From contig OZ024742.1 of NCBI GenBank assembly GCA_964016885.1, positions 195,982,001 to 196,046,000 on the forward strand: a DNA stretch of 64,000 bases, read 5' to 3'. Within the stretch, counting starts at the first letter, position 1, and each line of letters begins with the position of its first letter. The position numbers and the translations under genes were made by a program. The DNA comes from Eledone cirrhosa (taxonomy: Eukaryota). The notes beneath the pieces were generated by a model. It was not told where the DNA came from. It saw nothing but the letters and a program-made list of their open reading frames with translations, and searched no databases. Shown piece by piece: positions 13,926 to 26,454 of the stretch.

Positions 13926-14680
13926 AGGGCGGTGGATTGGCAGTATCGGTAGAGGGTCGGATGCCATGCTTTGCTTGACCCTTTATGATCTGAGTTCAAA
14001 TCCCGCCGAGGTTAACTTTGCCTTTCATCCTTACGGAGTCGATAAAATAAAGTACCAGTCACGCACTGGGGTCGATTTAATTGACTTCCCCCTTCCCCCA
14101 AAATTGCCTTGTGCCTATATAAGAAACCATTATTGGCAGTATTGGTAGAGGGTCGGACGCCATGCTTTCCAGCATAGTTACGTCCCTTTACGATCTGAGT
14201 TCAAATCCCGCCGAGGTTGACTTTGCCTTTCATCCTTACGGGGTCGATAAAATAAAGTACCAGTAATGCACTGGGTAATTGCTGGCCTTGTGCCTAAAGT
14301 AGAAACAATTATTAATTGGCAGTATCGGTAGAGGGTCCTGACGCCATGCTTTGCAGCATAGAGTTACGTCCCCTTGCCGTCTGAGTTCAAACCCCTCCGA
14401 GGTTAACTTTGACTTTCATCCTTACGCGGTCGATAAAATAAAGTACCAGTAATGTACTGGGATAATTGCTGGCCTTGTGTCAAAAGTAGACAGTTATTAT
14501 TAATTCAAATATTAGGACGGTAGATTGGCAGTATCGGTAGAGCGTCAGACATCAAGCTTCGCAGCATATAATTACAGCTCTTTGCCTTTACAGTTCAAAT
14601 GCCTCGAGGTTAGCTTTACCTTTCATCCTTACGTGTTCGACAAAATAAAGCACCAGTAATACACTGGGATCAATTTAATT
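13926..14680 (+). mobile_element. Tandem array of four Nin-domain SINE copies
   Basis: Same head, B-box and Nin motif repeated, joined through ATT tails. Confidence 0.9.
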
Positions 14681-14913
14681 CAAATATTTCAATATAAAGG
14701 GATTTTGCAACTTTTCTTTAACCCATTATTTTCCTGGTGAATTTTTTAAAGTATGAATTGATATGTAATCTTTATGATTATCACATCATTAACACAATTA
14801 ATTATCTAACTGATTAATTATTAGTTAATTTTAAATTTATCTTCATGAATTGAAACGAACAGAGAGAAATAAATGCTTTTGAGTGAAATATTGATTATTT
14901 TCTTTAAAGCTTT

Positions 14914-15032
<119 letters not shown>

Positions 15033-15239
15033 CTAGATAGATGGCTGGATATACATACGCGCACGCACATACACACGCGCATATACACACATATATATAT
15101 ATGTGTGTATGTGTGTGTGCGTGTGTGTATGTGTGTGTGTGTGCGTGTATATATCTAGATAGATGGCTAGATATACATACGCACACGCACATACACATAT
15201 ATATATATGTGTGTGTGTGTATGTGCGTGTGTATATATA

Positions 15240-16150
15240 TAACTGCAAAGAGCAGTTTGATTCAATTCTACAGTTACATTTTCGAGAGTTATTGTAACTA
15301 GGAACGGTAATATTATTATTAGTATGAATATTGTTATTAGAAATATTATTATTGTTATCTTGGTTTGTTTGGTTTGGGTTTAAATTTAAGTTTCTATTAT
15401 TAATTCTATTTATATTTTGTGTTATGTTCATAGTAGTAGCGTAAGATAGTTTAATAGTATGTCTGTTAAAAAAGGAATGGTATATGTGTGATTTACGAAA
15501 ACACTTATCTAGTGCTTTGAAAAATAGTTTTGCCACAGGTGTTTTAACTCCTAATGAGAATGGGGGAGAGTACCAAATAATATTTCTAGTTCTAGTTTTT
15601 TTGTTTGATTTACTATTTAAGTTGAATTTTTTATTATTATTATAGTGAATTTTAGGATGATTTTGCATGTTATTGTTATCTAAGTATTTAATTTTATTCA
15701 AGTATCTGGCTCTATGTAAAGCCTCATTATAACATTCCGCCTTATTATCAAAAATATTTTTATTAGCTGAGATGCGTGAGATTCGTTGCTGGACACTATT
15801 GACAATAGTAATTTTTATATTTCTAGGATGGTTAGAGTTGAAGTTTACGTAATTTAGGTTTTCATTAATTTTATGGAAAAGATAGTATAAACCTGAGCTA
15901 AGGTTTAAAGTTACGCCTAAGAGTTAACAATTTTATTATTATTCTCTATTTCTAATTTAAGGTTGTAGTTGTTGAAAAACTCTATGATGGATTTCTTTTT
16001 CCTATTAAGTTCACTATTGCTATGGTTTTCGATTAAAAGTAACATATCGTCGCGATATAAACCTCCAGTCATCTCTGACATTTTTCTATGAAGTACATTA
16101 ATAAATAAATAATCCAACGAGGTCCGTTGTTCCTTTATATATGTCACTAT
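15240..16150 (-). mobile_element. Penelope-like (Naiad-like) RT fragment
   Basis: GGLYRDD (15917-16147), IIWYSPPFS, IKLSYATT, CNCR (15033-15701). Confidence 0.85.
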
Positions 16151-16167
16151 TTATAAAACAAATTTTG

Positions 16168-16219
16168 TATTTTATCTGATGAGAGCGTACCAAAGTTTTG
16201 AAATATATATAATAGAATA
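16168..16219 (+). ncRNA. Type I hammerhead in a PLE-type terminus split by the 16239-17666 insert
   Basis: TATTTTAT-CTGATGA-GAGC..GTTT-T-GAAA-TATATA-TA-ATAGAATA; terminus resumes at 17667-17703 (compare 63864-63910 on the minus strand). Confidence 0.75.
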
Positions 16220-16238
16220 AATATGGTTTTATAAATAT

Positions 16239-17666
16239 AAACGGAAAAAATGAAACGAATTTCATTTCTCACTCTTAGTACGGCTGTTACTTAAATATAA
16301 GTATGTATACGTACATACATATATATACACAGACGTACAGTAGTATGTATATATATACATACATGCACACATATATATATGTACGTATGGATTTGCCGAA
16401 CATTTATTATAATGCTCGGTGTGTTTGTAAACAAACATCCCGAATTAAGCCGTACAGTGTTTAGCAACCATCGTTGCCATTTTGTTCAACACAGACAAAG
16501 GAACGATGTACTAGTTTCAAGCTTATTAGCTATCGTCAGCACCGTATACCTTCCTGCCAGATTATTGAACGTATGAAAGTATATACTTTCCTTATGCATA
16601 TTAACGTCTGAGCAGCCTAATTTGCATATCGAGTGAGTTAATCGGCCGGGCGCACCGAAAACGATAAACGGAAAAAATGAAACGAATTTCATTTCTCACT
16701 CTTAGTACGGCTGTTACTTAAATATAAGTATGTATACGTACATACATATATGTATACAGACGTACAGTAGTATGTATATATATACATACATGCACACATA
16801 TATATATGTACGTATTGATTTACCGAACGTTGCCCTTTTGTTCATCGTTGCCCTTTTGTTCAACACTGACAAAGGAACGATGTACTAGTTTCAGGCTTAT
16901 TAGCTATCGTCAGCACCGTATACCTTCCTGCCAGTTTATTGAACGTATGAAAGTATATACTTTCTTTATGCATATTAACGGCTGAGCATATATGTATGTA
17001 CGTATACATATATTGAAACTAGTACATCGTTCCTTTGTCAGTGTTGAACAAAAGGGCAACGATAGTTGCTAAACACAGTACGGCTTAATTCGGGATGTTT
17101 CTTTACAAACACACCGAGCATTATAATAAATGTTCGGTAAATTCATACGTACATATATATATGTGTGCATGTATGTATATATATACATACTACTGTACGT
17201 CTGTATACATATATGTATGTACGTATACATACTTATATTTAAGTAACAGCCGTACTAAGAGTGAGAAATGAAATTCGTTTCATTTTTTCCGTTTATCGTT
17301 TTCGGTGCGCCCGGCCGATTAACTCTCTCGATATGCAAATTAGGCTGCTCAGTCGTTAATATGCATAAGGGAAGTATATACTTTCATACGTTCAATAATC
17401 TGGCAGGAAGGTATACGGTGCTGACCATAGCTAATAAACTTGAAACTGGTACATCGTTCCTTTGTCAGTGTTGAACAAAAGGGCAACGATGGTTGCTAAA
17501 CACTGTACGGCTTAATTTGGGATGTTTGTTTACAAACACACCGAGCATTATAATAAATGTGCTGTAAATTCATACGTACATATATATATGTGTGCATGTA
17601 TGTATATATATACATACTACTGTACGTCTGTATACATATATGTATGTACGTATACATACTTATATT
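16239..17666. mobile_element. Retrozyme-like element: ~428-nt monomers, each with one HHR, in two head-to-head arms
   Basis: ACGGAAAAAATGAAACG at 16241 and 16668; GAAACT at 17014 and 17442; no convincing ORF. Confidence 0.85.
16503..16545 (-). ncRNA. Type I hammerhead, intact
   Basis: Minus strand: ACGGTG-CTGACGA-T-AGCT AATA AGCT-T-GAAA-CTAG-TA-CATCGT; copies at 16877-16919 (-) and 17415-17457 (+, mutated). Confidence 0.9.
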
Positions 17667-17747
17667 TATAAATATAGTTTCCATTTATTAATATCATTGA
17701 TATTATACTCCAGAAATCTGTCGAGTGCTTCGAATCTGTTATAAATA

Positions 17748-17792
<45 letters not shown>

Positions 17793-17868
17793 CGGAGGAA
17801 ATGTGGTAAGGAACCAAGTGGACCATAACGCACCAAAGTACTCAATACTTAGGGTAGTAGAGTGGGTA

Positions 17869-18024
17869 ATAGGAACGAGTAGGACCCCGACGGCTGAGCT
17901 CAAGCCGTTTCGACGGCTAATTCTGGACTAAAAAAAAAAAAATCACTTTTTTTTATTTTTTTTAGTTCAGAATTAGCCGTCGAAACGGTTTGAGCTCAGC
18001 CGTCGGGGTCCTACTCGTTCCTAT
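17869..18024 (+). repeat. ~155-bp fold-back containing the 3' half of a hammerhead, abutting (TA)n
   Basis: Arms nearly perfect; right arm reads GAAA-CGGTTTGAGCTCAGCCG-TC-GGGGTCC. Confidence 0.75.
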
Positions 18025-18185
18025 ATATATATATATATATACATATATATACATATATGTGTGTGTGTGTGTGTATGTATGTATATATAGGTGTTAAGGT
18101 GCCACTTTGATAGAATTTGTGCTAACTTATAAGAAGGATTTTGGCAAATATCCATACACTATCAGACGCGAACCTGCATATTAAA

Positions 18186-18276
18186 ACATATCTGAGGAGC
18201 TTCCGATTCCAGAGTCAGGTACGTTCTTAATAGATCGTTTCTCGAGCTGATCGACAGTGAAACATATGTAATATGT
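18186..18276 (+). ncRNA. Type I hammerhead with long stem II insert
   Basis: ACATAT-CTGAGGA-GCT...AGT-GAAA-CATATG-TA-ATATGT then AATAAA. Confidence 0.7.
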
Positions 18277-19854
18277 AATAAATATGTATATGATACAATA
18301 CTGATATGTATATGATACAATACTGATTCTTTGTTCCTTTATATATTAATACTATATATATATATTATGTTTAGACAACAGAACGTGTGTATAAGATACA
18401 GGCGTCTTGTCGAATTTATGACAGTATTTAATTAGCTCAATGCTTGAAATCTGAGATATTTTCCTCCTGTCCGCACATAATCCTAAGTTCTTTCTTCTAT
18501 TTTAAACCGAGTATCTAGATAAGCCGTTCTTAACTTAGGTTATTTTTATTTTTATTTTTATTTAGCACTCATTTATCTTTTTCTTTAGCACTCATTTATC
18601 TTTTTCTTTAGCACTCATTTATCCCTTCAACTTGCATACCCCTTAATGTACCCGCACCCAACTAGTATGAAGGGGACCCCAACTTCGATCTCGCTGGATT
18701 TGACCTGGAATTTGAGGAATGGTACATTTTAGTGTGGTAAGATCACCCTGCGTTCATAGAGATCAATTAACGTAGAAATACTGCTAACAACAGTGGTATA
18801 TATATGGGTCCCAAAAGAATTGCTCCCATAACAGACTGTAGTGATTATTACTGTCTCGTGCTATGAGTGAACCCGACATTGATGCCATAACCGGCCTCAG
18901 TGTGGGTAAACAACTCATACCGGGGGGGGGGGTATTTGATATTGCGTTGATTGTCTCTGGCGAGTTTGGCCAAAATGGGTGCAATCTAGAGTTGTCCCCC
19001 TTATTGCGGAATGATTTAATCTGTAACTTCGTAAATAGACGGCCAGACTGACATCCCTTATCCTACCCCCAAGGGAATGGCCAGCCTGCTAGGAGCGTTA
19101 TGATGTCCACTCGAAATGTTTACTACATCATCATATTCTGAGTGTTGATCTTTGAATGTGAGTAAAGTGAAGAACACAGAAGCACTGGAACGCTGTAAAC
19201 ACTGGAATTAAACGGTCAATTGATTTGATTTAATTAATTAAATTAAAGCATATTGGAGAACCATTGTACCAGGTTGGAATATAGTAAACGATACTGTGGA
19301 TGTGCTGAGTGTACCTAACAGCTTGATATGTATAGTTACATCTATACTTGTATGACTCGGATAATTTAGGTCATTCGTTACACCACGTGGTATGCTGGGA
19401 AACTTAGGATTGCATGGACTCACAACCCCACAGCTATGATGCGGAGGTATTGATCCCAACATGAGACTGGAGTGGATGGTATTGTAATCGTAAGGGGTAA
19501 CACGGACGAATGGAACACGTGGATACATGTATGTATGTATATATATATATATATATGAGTGTGTGCGTATGTACGTGGGTCTATGTAGACTGACACGCAA
19601 ACACACACACACGCAAACGTTATATTCTACTGATATCCATGATGATTGCTTACACATGCTTCCACTACGCTTTGCTTTAGCGACCTATATGTACTGTGAA
19701 CCACACAGATAAATTTCATTTGAACGCCACCTCTAACACTTGTTGCCATACTGTGATGGATACATGGAATTCCACGATATGATCGCTTTATCTGGCTCCC
19801 GATATATCTGACTCTGCCTACATCATTCACTTTCGTTGATATTATTCTTAAACT

Positions 19855-22320
19855 ATTGTTATACTTTGGGAGGGTCATGTTGCCAATAAGAAACACACGC
19901 ACCAGTTGTTTCACTTCAATTTATTATATATTTATAAATTTACAAATTTACAAATTTATAAATTTCTGGTTGGTTGGTTGGTTCCACAACCAGATAGTTG
20001 TTTATATATAGTCATAGTCCTTTCGTCACACACTCTGTGACCTCTTCAGTGACTGGGGATTCCTTTCTTTGTTTCTGTGCCTTTCCTTTCTTCTGTCCTA
20101 CGCCATTTTGTTTCTGTGTGTGTGTTGTGTGCTCAGTTTGCGCATGCGCCACATCCGGGTGTCTGTGTGTGTTTATGTTCATTTATCTATTTGTTTATTT
20201 ATTTATTTATTTACATGTTATTGGTTGGTTGTTTGTTCTATGTGTGTGTGTGTTTTCATTTTGTCCTTAATTGTAAGTTGTGATGTTGCTGTTCCACTCA
20301 TATTTTCTATTTAATTTTGGTTGTAATTCTTTTATGTTTATTGCCTCTGTAATTTGTCTAAACATTGCATCTTTTCTGTGTGTAGATTCTATTTTTATTT
20401 CTATGTTCTCTAATTTACCCTTGTGTTCTATCTTAGCATGTTGGTAGAGTACAGATGATTCTTTATTATCTTGAAGGTCTCGCCAGTGTTCATTTATCCG
20501 TTCCCCTATACTACGAGCTGTCTCACCTATGTACACTTTCTACATTGTCCTTCAGTACATCTTATGCTATACACTACATTTCTAGTTTTACAGTTAATAT
20601 TGGGGCTTATTTTACAGGTTATACATTTCTTATCTATATATGAGGGTCTTTGAAACGGGTATGTCTTACTAATAAGTGTTTTTACGGAGGTACCTGGTCT
20701 TTCTACTATCTTAATATTGAGTTTATGTTTATTTAGGGCCCTTCTAAATTTGTAGGCTAGTTCGCCTCTAGGGGTTGTATCGATGAACATTACACTCTGG
20801 TATTTATTGCTATCATACCATGAGTTTATTCTATTAGCCTTGTTCCTAGTTCTTTCTATTCTATTCCAAAATTTGCTCCTATACAAGGGGCAGGTCCCAT
20901 TTATGTCATTATTTACCATTTTTTCCCATTTGGTTCTGGCTCCTCTATACACTCTGATTCTATCTCTCTGATTGTAGCCAGAGAACTGCATACGGTGGAT
21001 GAAGTGTTGTATGTGTCTCTCTAGTTCTTCGGGGTTGCACATGCGGGACACATTTCTCATCACCCGTACCAAATCCGCAATCAGTATGTTGATTTTGGTA
21101 TGGTCCGAAATGGCCGAGTTTCGGTGGATCAGATGTTTGGAAGTCATGGGTTTGGCATAATGGGAATGGAGGATTTGTTTTTGGTTGTTAATGGTATCTA
21201 ACCAGAGCTCTGTGTCTAGTACAGGTAATCGATGGTTGGGGTGTCTACTTGGGTAGTCTATAGTAACTCTAATGCTCTGGTGGATGGAGTTTTCTATTTG
21301 CTGGATGCTTTCCATTGTGTTTTTCTCTAGTTCCTGACTGTTCTCTAGTGGGGGTGTCTTAACTACGATGTTTATATCATCTACGTAGCGGGAGTACATT
21401 ATCAGGGTTAAGCTGTCTTCTAATTGTTCTTTAAGTTTAAGTTTAAGTCTACTGTCCCACCATACCATGAATAAGTTAGCTATGTCGCCTGCAATGCTAA
21501 CACCAATGGCTGCTCCTTCCTCTTGGGCATATGTTTTTCCATTAAATTTGAACATATGTTCCTTAAGGGTTAGTTTTATGCTGGCCCCTACCGCATGTGC
21601 AATCATTTTCTTCAGTTCATCGTGGTTTTCGGGTGTCCGTATGGCCCTGGTCCACCCGTTCCATCTATCTGTGTGGGTTTTCTTGGCCATTGAGGTAATG
21701 GCAGGTGGTCTGCCTCTTGTTGGTCTTGTAGGGCACAGGTTGCTAAGGTCATATGTGTCTAGGTAACTATTACTATAGGTAAGCTTAAGTAGAAGTCCCA
21801 GCTCACTGGTATCAATCCCACGGAACTCAACCTTGCTCTCACTTATCATTTCTACGCATTTCTCCACACCAAAATCCACGTCAATAGATGGATACAGGGA
21901 CACAACATCCATACTGCCTATTATGCAGTTTGTTAGGTCCCCAGATCGGTTACTCACGCCGATTCTGCTGAGGAGGTCCTCCGTGCTGTCACATACATCT
22001 GGGGACATCTCAATGATGGGGCGTATGATCAGGGAGAGGAAGTAGGACAGTCTGTAGTTACTAGCAATGTTAGCTCCACAGACTGGCCGTGTTGGTGGTC
22101 CCGCGACAGGGTCACAGCCCGTTTTATGGTCTTTTCGAAGTCCATACAACGCCGGCACGTCATTGTTCCAGGCCTGGAAGTTGTTGGCAGTCCTTTTGTT
22201 GGGCTGCATTATATTCGTCCACATCACCATATGGGCATTGAGGGCTTTTTCTCTATCCTCATGCTCCTGTGGTGTTACCTCTCTTGTGTTAGTGATGTGG
22301 GGTTGCATTGCCTGGATGTA
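19855..22320 (-). mobile_element. Penelope-like element (RT plus GIY-YIG) with 3' pLTR, 5'-truncated
   Basis: ORF 20527-22308: DVVSLYPS, QEEGAAIG, RYVDD, LPVLD, VYSIRC; frameshifted 20267-20536 YIGETARS..R..EH. Confidence 0.95.
20010..20054 (-). ncRNA. Minimal hammerhead in pLTR
   Basis: Minus strand: AGTCA-CTGAAGA-G-GTCAC..GTGAC-GAAA-GGAC-TA-TGACT; copy at 39928-39970. Confidence 0.7.
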
Positions 22321-22783
22321 GTTTGGCAGGCTGTCACTTCTGAAATCCCTTACTGTCTACAACTACATTTGTTTGCATTTATTTACATTGCTTATATAAT
22401 GTGTTATCTTTTATGTTTCATTTTTATTTTTATCACCTTTATCACCTTTATCACCTTTTATTCTCATATTTTATTCTCATTTTTATTTTAATTATTTTTT
22501 TTTAATATATTTTCTTATATTATCATCACTTTATTATCTTTACTTTATCCTTACTTCTAGACTGTACCCTTTACGCTTTATCTCTTATCTTTAAATTCCT
22601 TATCTTTTATTTTTCCTTATCTTTAATTATTGCAACTGATTTTGGTCTTATATGTGTCGGCTTCTAGCGGTGACGCGACGTCCAAGCACCCCACTCTTCT
22701 TGGTCCTCTGTGCTACATATGGATCGTTCTTGTGATGTAGGTCGGTAGAGTTTATACTATTGATCTAATTCCTCTTTAAAACC

Positions 22784-22826
22784 CTCTGATGAGTCCTGCA
22801 ATTATGCAAGGACGAAACACTGTCAG
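22784..22826 (+). ncRNA. Hammerhead motif with weak stem I
   Basis: CTGATGA-GTCC TGCA ATTA TGCA A GGAC-GAAA-CACTG-TC-AG then AATAAA. Confidence 0.65.
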
Positions 22827-23015
22827 CAAATAAAGATTAATTGATGATGTAAACGCTCTTTGTTTTTGTTTCATATATATATAGTTAATATATATATATT
22901 AATTAGATACCACCAGGTTTTGCGCTATATGCAATTGAACTTCATCAGTCGATGTTCATATGCATAAAAACTATAAGCTTTTATCTTATGTTCGTCTTAA
23001 CATTCAAGAGAAGTC

Positions 23016-23066
23016 AGCCCCCTCTGACGAAAGTTAAAGAACCAGAAACGGTACCGTCAGGGGGCT
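23016..23066 (+). ncRNA. Type I hammerhead
   Basis: AGCCCCCT-CTGACGA-A-AGTT AAAG AACC-A-GAAA-CGGTACCG-TC-AGGGGGCT. Confidence 0.85.
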
Positions 23067-23592
23067 CTACCTGGTTGTTAAGATTAGTGGATGATAAATC
23101 ACCGCTTTTAAAATTCATAGCAAGACTACAAAAATGTTTTACATTAATATTTTGTATATGATTCAATATAGAACCTCAGGCAATAATCGAATAAAACGAT
23201 TAGGGTTATCAACAACATTTATGCCACTAACATAAACCAATTAATGAATCAGTTACTAAAAGAAATATTTAAACTATTAATATAGACCCAAACTAACGCC
23301 GGTTTCACCGATGCCAAACTGTTATTTGCAGTTATGTAAATAAGTGGATATTCTAACAGTCAGTTGTCGAATAAATCGGATCCTGCGTGAGTTTGTCGAG
23401 TAAACAAAACAGGATAATATATATATATTTTATCCAACTATCGAAGGATAGAAATCAGCGGCTCGTAGGGAGTTGACTCGAAGAATTGAAAGGAAGGAAG
23501 AAATATTTCTTCCTTCCTATCAATGTTTTACCCAACGCCGTTTCGACAGCATTTTGCTGTTTTGGCAGCTTCCTTATGCCGAGTTTTCCTAC

Positions 23593-23636
<44 letters not shown>

Positions 23637-23802
23637 TAGATTGAGTTATAAACTCAAAATAGTCTTTTACAATTAAATAGCTCAAAGGAGGGAATCTTTC
23701 CGAGCCGTGTAATATAATTGGATATATGAGACGGATGAACACAGATATAAGTATACACGTGTTCCAATTGCAAATGACCAAGTTAGCTAGGTTGAAAAAA
23801 AT

Positions 23803-23910
23803 TGAGGTTAACTTTGCCTTTCATCCTTACGGGGTCGATAAAATAAAGTACCAGTAATGTACTGGGTAATTGCTGGCCTTGTGCCTAAAGTAGAAACAAT
23901 TATTATTATT
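23803..23910 (+). mobile_element. Nin-domain SINE 3' half
   Basis: GAGGTTAACTTTGCCTTTCATCCTTACGGGGTCG...AGAAACAATTATT. Confidence 0.85.
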
Positions 23911-24004
23911 CTCTACATTCCTTACATCAAACTAAAATATGTTGACAATCTTTTAATAATGTCTTCCTTGTGAAATTTGTGGTCTTGTTTTGCTTAACTA
24001 ATGA

Positions 24005-24192
<188 letters not shown>

Positions 24193-24504
24193 CATTCACA
24201 TACAGTGTGTGTGACAAATCACTGGTTGCTTCGGACTAAATGGTAGTATATTTCTTCCGTAGTTATTTCCCGAAAACTCGCCTGAAGATCGATTAGGCAT
24301 GAAACTTGTGTTGCAGGAAAGGAATTCAACGTAAATATATTCTATTGGATACTTTTTCCGTATTTTTCAGCAAACTGCAATGTTTCAATATACTACATGT
24401 GTCTGTGGTGGGGAGAGCGGGCGAGTTGCATACATATATATTGCTCATGGAAGCACTTTGTGATTAGAATCTTATCGGAATGTATAACTTGATCCATTTC
24501 TTCA

Positions 24505-24880
24505 TACATATATACATGGTGGCTGCCAACTCGTTTTCGAGTACGGCCACTACTTTATATCCATGTAGGAGAACCCCTACCGTGTGACTTTTTAGTCCAG
24601 CCAGCGACTTGAAAACTCTGGTACAAACACTACACCTGTGACAATTATTGACACATAGTGCTGGGCCCATGGTACCATGTGACGACAAGTGCAGAGAGAT
24701 CTCCAGATATAAAGCAATGCCTGTGCCGTGAAGCTTTTATAGTGAGCAAAGGCACTGCACAAAGCCAGTCCCACTCTCTCAACCAAGATGATATTTACCA
24801 AAAGGAAGAACAAGTCAACATCATTGGATACCATCAGGGTTGCAGGTGTTATATCAGAGTTTTCCTTCTCCTAGAATTCT
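24505..24880 (-). mobile_element. RTE LINE 3' remnant
   Basis: CSVCTRVFKSLAGLKSH finger as in 9645-10227; 3' end resembles 8300-8345. Confidence 0.6.
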
Positions 24881-24937
24881 GCCTTGACAATACATACATA
24901 CATACATACATACATACATACATACATACATACATAC

Positions 24938-24986
<49 letters not shown>

Positions 24987-25018
24987 TTATATGCATACAA
25001 ACACAGGTGCAGACACAA

Positions 25019-25126
<108 letters not shown>

Positions 25127-25132
25127 GCGTGT

Positions 25133-25163
<31 letters not shown>

Positions 25164-25247
25164 ATAAAGATAGAGGGGGGAGAAAGAATGTGTCAATTTC
25201 TGTGTTTATGAGAGGTGTGGAAAGAGATAGATAGATAGATAGAGAGG

Positions 25248-25298
<51 letters not shown>

Positions 25299-25469
25299 TT
25301 ACATAGATAGATAGATCGAGAGGAGGGCGAGAAAAGGGGGAGAGAAAGAAAGAGAAGAAGAGAGTCGTGTATGTGTGTCATTTCATATATTTAAACTAGA
25401 AATGTAAATTTACTCAACAAACTTCGCAATCGATTACTCTCGTTTCTGTTTGTACGTACCGAGCAATGA

Positions 25470-25474
25470 GGTAT

Positions 25475-25531
<57 letters not shown>

Positions 25532-25890
25532 CACTAGCACCACCACCACCACTACTAGTACTACTACTACTACTGTTGCTGCTAATACTACTACTACTAC
25601 TGCTACCACTAACACCACTACCACTACTACTACTACTACTACTACCACTACTACCACTAGCACCACTACTACTACTACTACTACCACTAGCACCACCACC
25701 ACCACTACTGCTACTACTACTACTACCACTACTACCACTAGCACCACCACCACCACTACTACTACGACTACTACTATTACCACTACTACCACTAGCACCA
25801 CCACCACCACTACTGCTACTACTACTACTACTACTACCACTACTACCACTAGCACCACCACCACTACTATTACTACTACTACTATCGGTA
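25470..25890. repeat. (CTA)/(CCA) compound microsatellite
   Basis: Directly visible. Confidence 0.95.
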
Positions 25891-25894
25891 GTAG

Positions 25895-26200
25895 TACTGG
25901 CGACATCTGCCTTTGAGAGAGATATATGCCGGCCTCCCACGCATATCTGTCGTTGTACGTAAAAGGAGAGTAAGATTCCCTGGCCACTGCCAACGTGCCA
26001 CCTACGAGGCTGTGTCCCCATCAGTGCTTTGGAAACCACACGCAGTCACTAATAACAGGGGGCGCAAGCTCTTCTACCCCGATGTCATCTCCAGAGATTC
26101 TGGTATTGAAATCCAGGACTTGGCAACGGCAATGAACGACAGACCCACGTGGAGGTCAATTGCTGAGTCCATTTCGGCTGAGGCCGTCAGATGACGACTA
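25895..26200 (+). mobile_element. RTE-group LINE extreme 3' fragment
   Basis: IYAGLP.IS...R.RRVRFPGHC.R...LWKP...RGR....D.I.RD.......M.DR..WR. Confidence 0.75.
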
Positions 26201-26202
26201 CT

Positions 26203-26454
26203 AGAAGAAGAAGAAGAAGAAGAAGAAGAAGAAGAAGAAGAAGAAGAAGAAGAAGAAGAAGAAGAAGAAGAAGAAGAAGAAGAAGAAGAAGAAGAAGAAG
26301 AAGAAGAAGAAGAAGAAGAAGAAGAAGAAGAAGAAGAAGAAGAAGAAGAAGAAGAAGAAGAAGAAGAAGAAGAAGAAGAAGAAGAAGAAGAAGAAGAAGA
26401 AGAAGAAGAAGAAGAAGAAGAAGAAGAAGAAGAAGAAGAAGAAGAAGAAGAAGA
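26203..26454. repeat. (GAA)n, about 84 units
   Basis: Directly visible. Confidence 0.98.

Noticed and set aside
16486-16692. 68-aa ORF repeated at 17268-17474
   Set aside because: Duplicated only because the monomer is duplicated; it overlaps the ribozyme and I see no matching ORF in the 374-nt relative
18380-19850. Unique-looking segment with short ORFs
   Set aside because: No recognisable domain, repeat or RNA motif by eye; left unannotated
24279-24315. Hammerhead-like CTGAAGA...TGAAAC..GTT
   Set aside because: Probably a decayed HHR, but the stems are too mismatched to call
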